Below are positions 1 through 14,019 of a DNA stretch of 64,000 nt, piece by piece. Below the pieces are notes generated by a model. That model made no database searches. It was given only the letters and a program-made list of their open reading frames with translations, and was not told the origin of the DNA. The stretch comes from Harriotta raleighana (Eukaryota): contig JBNZDD010013726.1 of assembly GCA_050575255.1 (NCBI GenBank), positions 682,001 through 746,000 of the forward strand, in the 5' to 3' direction. The position numbers and the translations under genes were made by a program. The first letter of the stretch is position 1; each line of letters starts with the position of its first letter.

Positions 1-97
1 CAGTGAATTCACTTTACAGTACACTTTGAGAAGCACTTTGAGACATCCAGAAGACGTGAAAAGCACCATATCAAATGCATGGATTATTATTATTATT
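1..97 (+). mobile_element. SINE 3' tail cut by the window edge; further isolated tails at ~430-512 (+), ~33141-33246 (-) and ~39400-39500 (+)
   Basis: aagcactttgagacatccagaagacgtgaaaagcaccatatcaaatgcatggattattatt matches the family tail. Confidence 0.8.
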
Positions 98-3000
98 CAT
101 TTAATGTATAAAAAAATGTACTTTTACAACTTCTCATAACCTCCGAACGAGAAGCAATTTAGCACAGTGAAATTATGCCGTGGTGAATGAATTTGAGAAT
201 GGGAAGATCAGAAATAATTTGCATTGGCCAATTCTTTGTTTTTTCTCTTTTCCATCAATTAATTCTAAATATGTACACCAAAATAATCTATTTATAATTG
301 CCATTACTAAATATAATACCCACTGGATTAGATACATCTCTAATTCTCACCTATAAAATACTTGATAAAACCCTTTTTTTTTCTCCCTACCCCGACCCCT
401 CCCCCACTGCTCTGGTCCCTATTTTGGACGTTGTTGTATTCTGTGAAGCACTTTGAGATGTCGATAAAATGTGGAAAACACTGTGTATAAATGTAAGGAT
501 TATTATTTATTATTAGTGAAAAATATTTGGGGACAAATTTCACTTGGGTCTGGATTTACTTTATTTATGTAATATTTCAGAACATTTTGGCAAATTGTTG
601 AATTTAGTCTTAACTTTAGTCCATTTTCTGTCTTCCTCAAAAAATCCAAATTATACGGCTTCAAAATGATGGCTATATTTAAGAGCTTGCCAAATTCTGG
701 ATGCCTTAAAATGTTATATAAAAAATAAATACAGACTCAGGTGGAATTTCTCTCCAAATACATCATATGCCTTTATACAGTATTCTGTCTTTGAACAAAC
801 AAAACAACACTTGGCCAGCAATGAAAGCACATAACCAACCAAGATTCAAAGCAACACTTACCTTTATTTTCAGTATTCAATAATTTCACTTGAGAAAACA
901 CTTCAGAATTGATAATCAGCTGCAATTACAGCATAGAAGAAGTCTTTCAAACATCAAGATTGTGAATTACTGCTATGGCCCAGTAACCACTGATCATGTC
1001 TGACTGCTTTACTCCCAATGTCCATTGCGTAATTAACCAACCCTTTGTGTCAGCCGTGATCACACATAGCAAGCTCGTGTTATTTTCAACTAATCAATCT
1101 TTCGGAAAACAACTAAGTCACTGTGCAAGAATCAATCTTCAGCAACAAGCTTGAAATGGCTCTATTGGATTGAATGATTTGTTTGACATTTGGAGTAGTC
1201 ATTAATGCTTAAAAGATGATCTTCTTTTTCTTATTATCCTTGCAGTCATTAAAGCAACCGCACAAAACTGTCCGTGAGACTACCTTGGTTACTCTTCTGA
1301 GTGACCTTGTTCTGTCTCAATAATGTGGTCATTTGCTGGATAAACCATAATCAAACCTGACCTAAAAGTGACAACACAGCACAAACTTCAACTAGATAAA
1401 CACCAGCTGTTTAATCAGACCCGTCTCCCATCAATACAATCTTTATCCAGAGTCTCAAGTCACTGAATAGCAGTCACAACTTCAGTTCCAACAACTCTGC
1501 AATATAAATGGCATTCAGGCTACAAACATAAGTAACATATGATTATCAGTCATTACGAGAGCTAGCTAAATTAATAATTTTAAAAAGCCTATGTTGAAAA
1601 TAACATTCAAATAAATAATTGAATGATATTTACCACTCATTTAGTAGTCTATAACAAAATTTATTCCAACTGATAATTCTAGTACTTTAATCCATACAAA
1701 TATAAACTATTTTCAAGGCTTTCCATGTCCAAATATTGTTTATGTTACTTCATGTTTATGTTGTCCAAATGCAGCAGCAGCCACATTGGTTGTTAAAATG
1801 TACAGGATGAATGTAGCTGCATTTCAAAGTTGTGGAAGTAAGCATATTAACCATTCTGCATCATTAAGTCATTAAAAGGCTGCATTTGTACACGAACATT
1901 TGTAAACACTGCTTTTCTGAACTTATTCACATTAACAATGAGTCTGCATCAGCTGATGTAGCAGTTAGTCCAGACAGAAATGTTTCTGGTTTCCATTATT
2001 GTATTGTTTCCACTTTAAAAGACCAGCTCTTATGTATAGTACTTTCACACATCAATGGATAACACTGCTTTAACATGTTACACCACTTAGCACTTTTACA
2101 ACACACAAGACAAAATCATCCATGGACAAAGTGTCATTAAACATGTGTAAATTTGGTGTCTACAAAAGAAGAGGGCTTGGGTCACACCAAAAAATATGGT
2201 AGAGTTGTACTTAGCATCACAATGAAATAACGTTCTCCTTTGAGAGCAAAATTATAATGGATGCACAATTGCCTCACAATTGGGAATATGTTAATCTTAA
2301 GGTTGTGATATTACAGGCGCTTGATGTATTATTCCAGATCTAATATTTCATGGAAAAAGCCTTTGTTCAACAAGAAAAACAAATCACATTTATATGTGCA
2401 TTTACTATGCACTCACAAGGGAAGCATCTCAAGAGTGCTTATTCTGTACTGGTTGCCGCATTTCACCCACAAAAAAATATATTCTGTAGTAGAGTATTCA
2501 CCTGAAAAATACAATCCCTGAGCACCTCCCCCCCACCCACTATAAATTTACAAAATGATCACATTTAATTCACTATTTTCAGGCATTTAGATCCAGAGAC
2601 GACCTTCGTCACGTTTCACAGATTAATAAGCTTGCATCTCCTTGCGTCTAGTTTGGAAAAATTAGGGTTTCATGCAGCTGCTGCACACCAACATATTATC
2701 ATTTTCTGATCAGGAAACATAATACATAACATACGTGGTACACAAAAATGTAATTTAAGCCCATCATGTCTTTCCATATAATTGAAAAATGCAGTCATTC
2801 CCTGCTGTATAATGGTGAGAATGTTATCCATCCCCTCCCCATTAGAAATTATTTTTAGATTAAAAAATTGCACAAAGGATTTCTTTTCACAAATGTTTTA
2901 TTGGTAAGACTAATAAAGGCCTTTTTCTCAAAATCAGAAAGAAAATAATCAGCATGATCAGTAGCCACATTTGATCATTTCATAAGAACAGAATTCTTCA

Positions 3001-4621
3001 GACATAATTCTCGCTATCAATATGCAACCTAAATAAAGAAACTCCAATCCCAAGAGAACCCTGCCACTATCAATAGTTGAGAATTTTACTAGTGTCATTG
3101 TGCAAGGATTTAACACATCTGGTTTTGTGCAACATTAGAACTTCTATATAACAGTAAAGAGTTGAGTTTTGCAGTTTCAGTTACTATTTTAAATAATTTT
3201 AGAAAATCAAATGCATCATGCACAAACGTACCGTGCTTGAAAATTGTGTGTAGAATTCAATGACCTCCCTCCCTATCCCCTGATTAAATAAATACAGAAT
3301 TAATCCTTTACTCCTGACAATACTGTCAGACTCCAGAGGATTATTAAAATGTTTGAAGACAAAGTCCACAAGCTTGCTATCTGCAACTAGATTGGAAGAT
3401 GTAGCACAAAATTTGACATAGATTGCGATAACTTTATATGGGGTTTTATCCAGAGGAAAGTGACAAGGAAGAGAAAAAATGGTCTAAACTTAAAACATCA
3501 AGTACATTTTGCTTAGGATGGGAAGGAAGGGGGATGAGGCAAAAGTTGTTGGTCTTTACCTTTTAATTTATAGATATATTCATTTCTTTTTACCCTCGAT
3601 TTGTCTCATATACAGACAGTTTATTTTTCTGTCTCTTGCTTTCTTCACTTCAATAAGGAACAATTTTCAAACCAAGGGAAAAAATGGAAATTCTGTGTGA
3701 AACAGCTGCAAACTCCACATTAACTTGACTTGCCCCAGCAGTAAAGCCAGACTGTGCAGTGTTGATTATGTTAGTGATTGTGTACTGTGCACTAAAACCA
3801 GCAAATCAGTTTACAAAGCATCATGTTTCACCCAATCTATTTTAAGAGACTAAGCACTGAACAAATACACTGCAAAAATGACAATTTATAATTAAGACTC
3901 AAATTAAATAATTCTATGGCATAAAATGAAACTTTCAGTTTCAAAGTTTCAAAACATGGCTTGAAAGTCAAAAATGAATGATGATGAGAATGCAGGGCAA
4001 GACCTTTGTACTTGGTATCTACTAAATAAGCAAACACAGGTACTTAATCTGTCACCTCGCTTCTAAAGCAGTTAATGATATCTGGATGATAATGATTTAG
4101 TTCTAAAAGACTAGCTATTCTACCTGCTGAATATTAGACTTATTACAATTATTATTACAGTATATATTTTTCACAGTTAAAGCAAAAATATAAAATACTG
4201 TACAAAGAATAGTTCTGCTGGTTTGACAGCTGTCCATTATCAACAGCAGTATCCTAAATATTAATGAAGAAAGCACTTCATTAAACACATTGCCAAGACT
4301 ATGTTACTGTTTTTTTTTACAGACAAAGCACAATGATGAAAACATCATGAGTGCAATCATAAAAGGAGTAATACAATTTTAAAAGTTGAACTTACATTTT
4401 GTTTTACTCTCTTTTTATGAAGAAAGTAATACAGCACAGAATATTTGCAATGAATTTGATAAATATTTATATTCAGGGCAAAAGATTTTCATGTTAAGAC
4501 ACAAAATAGTAAATAAGAAATGTTAAAGTAGCAAACTAATTTGGCATACAATGATTTATAACTATGTTAAAAATGGTAAAGTACTTGTATTGCTAGGTTA
4601 AAAACAAAACATAATGGGGAC

Positions 4622-4778
4622 CCTCTTCAAGGATTTTGTTAATCTTCAAAAACCTCTTCCTCCCAAAATGCCCCAGTTCTGATGAAGGATCTTAGACCCG
4701 AAACGTTAACTCACTTTTCCTTTCTCCATAGATGCTGCCTGACCTGCTAAGTGTTCCCAGGGATTTTTGTTTTTGTTT
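4622..4778 (+). mobile_element. Penelope-like element terminal-repeat relic carrying a hammerhead motif
   Basis: ctgatgaagg..gacccgaaacgttaact...ctccatagatgctgcctgacctgct resembles a repeat I recall as abundant in shark and ray genomes. Flanked by cataatg(g/a)ggac direct repeats. Confidence 0.6.
4675..4711 (+). ncRNA. Minimal type I hammerhead ribozyme-like motif
   Basis: AGTT-CTGATGA-A-GGATC-TTA-GACCC-GAA-ACGT-T-AACT: both core boxes, stem I AGTT/AACT, stem II with one mismatch, palindromic ACGT stem III. Confidence 0.55.
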
Positions 4779-5809
4779 CATAATGAGGACTCTGATTGGA
4801 AGATTAGGTCTGATAGCATCAGATTGAAGGTAAATCTCCTACAGTCAATCACCTGCAGACCCTATCTGTTTGAAATTAACAGTTTAAATTGACACCGGGA
4901 AGGCACAATAGAGTTATTGGCATACATGAAATTGCACCTGAAGGGTGAATAAAGACATTTTTTTCAATAAAGTTGCTTATTTAAAAATATAAAAATTGAC
5001 TCAAAGATGCAATTAAATGCTACATCAAATGTAAAGATTATTATTATTAACAACAATAACAAAATTACACTTGTATATTAGGTGGCCCAGAATACTGATG
5101 TGCTAATGCATCAGACCGCAGAGCAGTGGCATGTGCTTCTGATTCATCACCCTATTGATATGCCTGAGCTCTCAACAGGCGTACAAAGCAGCAGGAATGC
5201 ATTTTTCCACATATAGACAATTAGTATTTTTAAAAGCTTTTGAGAGAAGCCCTACATCATTCTTCTATGCCTCCAAGTACACTGGTTCACCAGTATGAAA
5301 GGTCTGGGAAGAGGTCGCCTGTCTGCCCTCTTAGTCTATGAAGAGTGGATGACATGGAAGATAGTGAAAAAGACATATTTCTTCTATAAATCTTTCTATA
5401 AATCAAGGTACAGTTGATGATGAATCAGCTAGCTCCTGGGGCTGGGATTTTTCCCCATTCAGCTCCTGTTAACTCAGCAAGCCAAAGCCCTAATCAATAG
5501 TCTCAGCTAAACAAGCATCTAGAATCATGCCAAATATTGTTTGCTATGGAAAGCTATATTAGCTGGTTAAATTCCAACAGTACACCCAGTGCACACAACT
5601 CTACGCAGTGAGAAAGTACACACATCATTTCAGACAAGGAATATTTCCACACATAGATAGCATTCTTAAACTGGTTTGGATATTTTTAAGGGGTTTTCAC
5701 TCATGTCAGACTTCCGGTCTGGCATAAGTGGCATGACCAAAATTAACCACTCATTACATAAATCGCTACATACAGTATTGCACATCCTATTCGAGTAAAT
5801 AGGACAAAA

Positions 5810-6137
5810 GAGTTTAAGACTTGTAGGAGTAAGCAGCGCCAACGAGAGAACCTGGACTTGATACCCAACAGGGTGAAACCTTAGACAAGTTTCATTACTT
5901 TACTCGCAGTAAGTAGGAACCTGGTTGTTAGTCGATCACTTTCTAGGGGTAATAATCCCTTCAAGTTTTTTTTAAACTTGGTCACTCAATCCATGACGGT
6001 TTGTGGGACAAAGCTGTGCGCAATTGGCTGCTGCATTTCTCCCACAAAATACAGTGAATCCACATCACAATATATTCTGTGAAGCACTTTGAGAAATCTC
6101 AATAAGACGGTGTGTGAAATGCAAGATTATTATTGTT
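5810..6137 (+). mobile_element. Short tRNA-head SINE, same family, degraded
   Basis: gacaagtttcattact, gtttgtgggacaaagctgtgcgcaattggctgc core, gcaagattattatt tail. Confidence 0.75.
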
Positions 6138-8699
6138 ACTAATTAAACTAACCTGCAACTTTAAAAATGTATTTTTCAACATCTTTCCCTCATTCTGAAC
6201 ATTTCTGATTTTAACTCTTGATATAATCCATGTCTAATCTTGTGTTTATACTGCAGGGGAAAAGCGATTTAAATTCCTACCATAACTCTAATGTAGAGCA
6301 GGAAGCCCAATTCATACTTTCGGTCCTACACTGTGGCGAATCAGGTCAAAAGAATTTGATTTTACCATTCTGAGCAAATGCACAAAAATCAGGAGTTGCG
6401 AATTTCATGCTATTAAAGAGAGCCAGTTGCACAAAGCAAACTATTTCTATTAAAAAGTACAGAGGTTGTAAAACAGTATTTTCTTTTAATTTGCATAATT
6501 ATGCATCCTTCACTTGAAGAATTTGGAAAACTAAAGTAGTGGAAAGAAGTCAATAAATGCAACTCAAAATTCAATCAGTCTTAGCTGATAATAGCTAAAC
6601 CCCTTTAACAGCAAAAGAAAAAAGTGCTACATACAACAGCTGACTGGAATTTCAGTTCAAGTGTGGTCAGTTGGAATCAAATATTGTCATAAAGTAGAAC
6701 GGCTGAAATTATGAAATTATTAACCTTTTTTACACCATTTGAAAGATTTAACTTCCTATCTATTCCAACATACTCTGGTGCTGTGAACAGCATACAATGA
6801 AACATATAAATAATATTTTGGTCTACATTGGTGATAAGCATAAGACTTGTAATTATAATCCTTAAAAGATTAAGAGACTATACAGCATTATAGAAACATA
6901 TCCAAATTAGGCATTCTGTTCAAACTACAATAAAATGTACAAAAGGTTGCAAAACAGAATAAAATGTCAGACAAGGGAATGCGAAAAAAAAGTGTTATGA
7001 ACTGCCACCTGTTTTCTTGAACAGTACATTTTCTTTGCTGCATGCTTGAAACAGAAGCTGTATTATTCTAACAGATTAAAATGTCAGGCAAGCCATATAT
7101 TTAATGTCTTTTGCAGGACCTCTCCATATCACAATGTGATAAATGGTCACTTTTATAATGAAATAGTTTATGCTTTATCAACTTACAAATAACGGATGTC
7201 TTATCACACAAAGAGGATGAACAAACAGCAACAGCAGCACCAAACTAAGTAATTCCCAGTGCTCCCCATGCTCTTAGTTAACCACAGCTGGTGGGTAGTT
7301 TGCATAGAAAATCCCCACATGCTCCAGCTCTGACAACATTTCACACTGGTCCTGATAAGTTCCAGCATCCACAACTGTGCAATAACCTCCTCCTTATTTG
7401 TTTCACCTGCTCAGTCCCTTCAGGCCCACTAATAGCATGCCTCTGGGATTGTGAGAATCCTCAAACATACACAGCAGACTTATATGTAGGCTGCATTTCT
7501 GCATTAGAAACAGTCAGTAAAAGGAGGGTGCAAATGAGCTGAGCATGGTTAAAGCCGTACGATAAGCTTTTTGGTAAGCCCATCTGTACACATTTCTTCG
7601 GTGAATCTTGCTACCGATGCCAAATAAGACCTTTACAAATTGACAATACTAGGCAGCATTTAGTTCAAGCCTTTTTTTTCCAAGACGTCAACTCAGTTTT
7701 GACAGTTTTCAAGACAAAATGGCCAATTATTTTTAAATTCCCAGTCAGTTACTTTTGAACCAACAATTTCATTAGTTTTCCTTTAATATCTGGAACATAC
7801 AAGGGCATGATGGAACTCAAACCCAGTTCATTTTTACTGATTTAACTTGTGTATTATAATACACCAAAGTCCCTTGCATTTCCACATAAAGCCACAAATT
7901 TAAAATGTGCATTATTCAAGCCACCAGTAAAAACAGAGAGATGATGGTGTATTTATTTGATACCCATTCATACAAAGCTGTATTATGGGTAATCCACTAT
8001 GTGTATTTAATAAATCATCCTGGTTAGGTGGGCAGGATTAGTTTCAAGTCACCTAATGACGATATTATGAGCTCCAGTATTAAGAGGATTAATATTAATC
8101 TGAGTTGTTTCAGTTAACTGGGGTAGATTGTCCACAGCGCTGACAGCAGCAGCACAAGTAATCCAAAACTGCAGCAAAAGATTAATGAGAGCTTTAGCAT
8201 TCCAGCTGTAAGTTTTAATTTACCAAATGAAACACCAGTAAAACCCAGTGTATATTGCAAGACAGTCCATGAATAAACACTTTGCAAGTCTAGGATAGCT
8301 GATCCTTGCAATGGCTATCCATTCATTCAAAATATTACTCCCTGTAACCGATACCTTTGGGGCTTCCATGAAATTTAAACATCAAGCAAGTTCACAGACT
8401 TGCCTTTCTTTCTTACATCAAGTCATGAAAGTATGCTGATTTTATTCTAAATGTTTATTTGTTTCAAATAAGTGTTTAGGATCAATTGATATTGTTGACT
8501 CAGAAGTTTTCAAGATGCTGTAATTTAATCTGAAATGAATCCATTGAATACAGTGAACTCTTTTCCTCCCAATGTGTTGAAGAAAAGGCAAATAATTGGT
8601 CATGTTAACTTGTTAAATAAGTAACATGTTTCTAGCCAACAAATCATGAAAATAATAAAACTGAAGCAAGAATCTTTATAATCCTTAATAATCCTTACA

Positions 8700-9093
8700 C
8701 TGGATATTGTGACTTTCATGTTGGAAGGAAGTCTCGGTATTTTAAAAGAGGATATTCTGTAAAGTTGAGTGATTTGGTTTTGTGCATAAACATGGCAGTC
8801 AATTTGCATACAGCAATGTCATGAACAGCCACAAAGTGAATGACTAATTTTATTGGGGTATTGTTGACCAGAATACCGATCAACTTTCTTCTTCTTTCGA
8901 AAAGTGGATTGGGAACTTTAATCTCCACCTAAACAGGGAAATAGGATCTTGGTTTAATGTCTCTTCTGAAGAAATACACCTCCAACACTGCAATGTCAAC
9001 ATTGAATGTATAAGTTCCAAGTCGCAATATGGCACTTCACAGCACAATCTTATGATTTAGTGGTAAGAGCAACACCATCTGAGCCAGGCCGAC
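8700..9093 (-). mobile_element. Degraded long SacSINE1-like SINE
   Basis: ggcagtcaatttgcatacagcaa core, ttggtttaatgtct segment, tRNA-like head at right end. Confidence 0.6.
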
Positions 9094-9858
9094 CTGTATT
9101 GTAAAATTCCTTACATTTGAGAAGTACCTATTAAATTAAAACATCTCATACGACTTCCCAGGCAAATGCTGACAAGTGTTTCGACAATATATTTATACTT
9201 TTTGGATCTGCCAGAGACTGATACATGTGAAAACCCATCATCAAACAAATTAGACAAGTCTTCAAACTTGTATGCCTGTCCAAATTTCCATGTCTGGAAC
9301 GGAATGGAAGAACATGAGAAAGTTCTAGGTGAAAGAAGACTAAGGTCCATCCAGTTCGTCTTCCACCTCCTGGCAGTCACATGACATATCATGTCCCAAA
9401 CTATATATTGTATCTCAAGATATTATTTCCTAACAGAAATGTATCTATAGCCATGAAGTGAAGGATCAATTTATCGAGAGAACTGTTGACCATGACAACA
9501 GAAAAAAAATCATTTTTATTTTCAAATAGTGCTATTAGACCTTTAAACTCCACTGAAAAAGATAGACACGACTTCAACTCCCTCACCCAAAGGGCAACAT
9601 ATCCACCAATGGAATTTTCAAAAATTTTATTGAAGCAGTCCATCCATCTTCTGCCTCTTTCAGTTGGATAATTTTCTCATTATCCAGTTAATGAAATGGT
9701 GGGACATAAATTATACAATTTATCAAAAAAAAGTTTATATGCACAATTTAACAGTACAATAACAAAATGTCTCTGAAACAGAATTTATTGAATTCAATTC
9801 GTTAATTGAATTGATGCTGATTGCAAAGTAAAGGTGGGATGTCAGATATACTGCTTTT

Positions 9859-10860
9859 CATAGAATCATAGAATCATAGAAGCTTACGGCACAGAAGGAG
9901 GCCATTTGGCCCATCGAGTCTGTGCTGGCTCTTTGACAGAGCAATGTCACTTTTTTTTAACCCCAATCACCAGCTTTCTTCCCATAACCCTGCAAACCCG
10001 TCTTCCCCAGATACCTATCCAGTTCTCTCTTAAAAGCTGCTATCGAATCAGACCTCACTACCCTTTCCGGGAGATCATTCAAAATTCGAACAACTCTCTG
10101 AGTGAAAACATTTCTTCTAACCTCCCCTCTGCTTCTTTTGGTAGATATCTTAAAACTGTGACCTTGGGTCACAGACACACCTACCAGCGGAAACAGCTTT
10201 TCCCTATCTAGCCTGTCAAAACCTTTCATGATCTTGAAGACCTCTATCAGGACCCCGTGTAATCTTCTCTGCTCTAATGGGAAAAGTCCTAACTTCTCCA
10301 GCCTGTCCTCATAGCTAAGGTTCCCCATTNNNNNNNNNNNNNNNNNNNNNNNNNNNNNNNNNNNNNNNNNNNNNNNNNNNNNNNNNNNNNNNNNNNNNNN
10401 NNNNNNNNNNNNNNNNNNNNNNNNNNNNNNNNNNNCAGTTGGTTACAGTCCTCCTCACTATTTACTACCCTACCTAACTTTGTATCATCTGCAAACTTGG
10501 AAATAGTGCTCTCTATGCCCAAGTCCAGATCATTAATATATACTAGAAAGAGCAGTGGTCTGAAATATCGATCCCTGGGGGACACCGCTGCACACCTCCT
10601 TCCATTTCGAAAAACACCCATTAACCACCACCCTCTGCTTTCTGTCACTCAGCCAGTTCTTAATCCAAACTGCCACTGTCCCCTTGATACCGTGGGCTTC
10701 TAATTTTTTTAATTAATTTCTTATGCGGTACTATGTCAAAAGCCTTTTTGAAATCCATGTAAATAACATCCACCGCATTTCCCTCATCAACCCTCGCAGT
10801 CACCTCTTCAAAAAATTCTATTAGATTTGTTAGGCAAGATTTGCCTTTAACAAATCCATG
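9859..10860 (-). mobile_element. CR1-type LINE, 5'-truncated (RT C-terminal part and 3' tail), interrupted by an N gap at 10330-10435
   Basis: Minus ORFs encode PLLFLVYINDLD...SKFADDTKL and LSYEDRLEKLGLFPLEQRRL..LIEVFKIMKG, typical of CR1 ORF2. Tail is an 8-nt repeat (catagaat on plus). Confidence 0.92.
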
Positions 10861-11606
10861 TTAAAAAAATGTTTTATAAATCTCAGTTAAACCACAGTGG
10901 AGCACTCCATATTAATGTAATGGTCCATTTCTAGAAACAGTAGGAAGAAGATCAGTCCCTCCGGCACATTTGATCCACCAATCACACAATCATAGATCAC
11001 GTACTGTATTAGTGACAGTGATGAAGCATTATCACATCACAAAATGTAAATTGTATTGGTGTGAGACAGCTAGCTAGAGCTATTCCAAGGGAAAAAAAAG
11101 AGCAGTAAGAGACGGAGAGAGGTATCCGTATCAGTCTCAAAATGGTTGCTTTTTGAAGATTGATGCTAATTTTTATTTTTAAAAATACAGCCATGTAATA
11201 ATTAACTGGCTAAATCAAATAACAAAACATTCTTGCCACAAAATACAATTTGTTATAACTTGAAATATTGAAACAATTTATTCTCTTGCAACATCTTTTT
11301 GGATAATTTTTAAAATTGATTTCAGATTAATGAATTTTAAATTTAAGACTAGTATTCCCACTTTAAAAATACTGAATACACATTTCTCAATTTCATATGT
11401 ACCAGAAAACTCCACGGTGAATTCCGAAACATGACAAATACATTTAAACATCTAAAATCAGTTTACCCAGTCAATCACTTAACTGAAAACAGCTTTCAGC
11501 ATTTCTCAAGATAGAACATAAATGCACTTTTTTTTTGTAATTTTTACATAATGAATTTTCTTTTCCAATATATACTGTTGTGCTACAGGCTGGGATGAAC
11601 AAAGTA

Positions 11607-12170
11607 CAGTAGAAGCCTGTTTACCATGACTCAATGAACCGGAACTTCCATTTAACCAGCCCATCCAATAAACCGAAAGTTATCTGGCAGAATAGCAGTG
11701 GAGCATTTAATTAATCGATTTTCGCACAAGAGTACTGTACAGGAATTTCAGCTTGCCACTAGTAAAGCCTGCCATTTTTTTTAAAAGTCGCGCTGCCATT
11801 TTAAAAAAAAGTCACACTGCCATTTTTTTAAAAAGTCGCAGTGCCGTGTTTTTTCCTCCCGTGGTGGCCGCCATTGCAGAAGTTAAGTGTAAATAATAAA
11901 GTACTAATACAATATTCTGTTATTACAGTAGTTGTTATTACTGTATTTAGTTTATTATTTATATGGTACAGTGCACAACATTTACAATAAAGTACCCATG
12001 CAATATTCTGTTATTATCTAGTCTATTATTAATATGGTATGTATTAAAATAATTTTCAATTTTTTAAAAGACTTTTTTTGTGGTGGGTTTGGGTTTTCGG
12101 CATCGGATCCGACCGTTTAGCTGGCATTGGGATTTTTACTATAGTTACATTTAATCAGAATCTTATGTAA
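11607..12170. mobile_element. Probable truncated Tigger-like MITE
   Basis: Starts ta|cagtagaagcc like the other MITEs. Internal 3x ~24-bp repeat (tgccattttttaaaaagtcgc) at ~11770-11847. No matching right TIR found. Confidence 0.45.
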
Positions 12171-14019
12171 CATAACTGACGGCAGGTATAACTGGGAGCA
12201 AAATTATGATCGACTGCCAATAATAATTCTCAATACTCTCAAATCTCTTAATTAAAATCGATACAATTACAATTCATTCTTTACAATACATCTGTACTAA
12301 TTCTTTTTTGGGAATTTTTCCTTGCCAATATTCTAGTATTTTCTATTCTTCTTGAGGTATCTTCATGCTTTATTCCTTCCACTAGGGCATTATTTCTCAA
12401 CCTTTCTGATAATATGCACCAATTAGTATCTTTTTAAAATATAGTGGATCATTGGTAAAGTTAAGTTGCTTCTCAGGTCACTCAATCTATAGAGATAATT
12501 ATGGATGAGAACCAGTCATCAGATAGAGACACATATTAGGATTTTACATCTGTTGGTCACCATCAAGAAGATCACTGAATTACAAATTATTCACATATGA
12601 GACTCAATAGTGTGCAACAGTGGCAGAAAAAAATGGAGATGGGGTTATTACAACTAAGTCATGCTGTCCTCATCAGCAGCAACACACGTTTCTGCACACA
12701 CAGTAGAATAATAATTACTTACATATCAGTTATGCGCATGTCCGTTTATCTGCAAATGGAAGTGGACATTTACCTATGCAGATAAATGGACATGCACATA
12801 ATTCAATGCCGTCTCTTCCTATTCAAGTACGAAGCAGAATTCACCAAGCATTGGATGATTCATTCACTAATAGAGAATGTGAACTTCAATGAAATGGTCA
12901 TGAGACAGGTTAATTTTACCCATAGTATCAATTTACCAATATTGAAAAACTTGCTAATGACATTATGTTTTACAACATGTATTAAAAATGAATTCAATGT
13001 CGCACCTTATTACATCAAAAAGGCCAAAATTGAAACAAAAAGAGTTAAAAGTTTAATGAATGCTTTGTAGGCAAAAAGACAAAACATTCATATTCTGTTT
13101 TCAACAGAGAAATAAATTATTTTCATAAAGTAACTCAGAGCATACATAAAAATAACGTTAAATGTTTTAACTTTTTGAATATTTCCAACAGACTGATATA
13201 TCACAAACAAATGGTGTTTTTTTATATGTTGGCATTTGTTCTATAAACTCTGCAATACAACAAGAAACAATCTACAGCCGTTTGTGTCTACAGACCATTC
13301 CACATGTACAAGGTCAACCCATCCAACCTCACTGCATCAGTGACATGGAATGCTGAAGTACACATATTTCCTATTCAGCTAGAAAAAAGCTTTTCAAGTT
13401 CAATCAGCTATAAATGTTGCTTTGTTTTTATTTTCCAGTGAACTTCCTGGAACCTATTATAAAGCTGTCAAGTATGTATATTTAGCAATGGCAACACAGC
13501 CGTGCCACTGCACCAATAGTCATATCATCTACAACAAACAGAAAAACAATCCTGCAACAGCCATAGATCTCAAAAAACACAATCTGCCGAGTGAGACTTT
13601 CCCAATGTCAGTACTTAAAAACTGCAAAATTTTCTACAGAAAGTAATACTTGGATAAATCGGAAATCAGTAGTATTAAAATGCTATTAGAACAAGTTCAC
13701 AATAAAGGACTTTTGATTCTTCATTGTAAAATGTCAAGCCATAATAATTTTGCAGGTGTAAATACGTAAACCTAACAGAGTACACAGTAATACTTACACT
13801 CCACAAGGCATTCAGAAATGAAAAGACATTGTGTTAATTTCTGGGCCGATCACAAGCAAAAATGCTGTGCAAATTTATAAAATATTCAAATACTATACTT
13901 CCTGAGCAAAGATAATTTACAAGGACACTGCTACAATAAACAATAACTTCCACACATCCTCCATGCATAGTTGCATCTCAGAGAGCTTAACAGTGTTGGA
14001 GCCCGAGTCTTATTTTTTC

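Noticed and set aside
9111-9671. Overlapping ORFs on both strands with a protein-like look
   Set aside because: No motif I can assign with confidence and no match to the expected GBF1 exons; possibly an old TE fragment. BLASTx would be needed.
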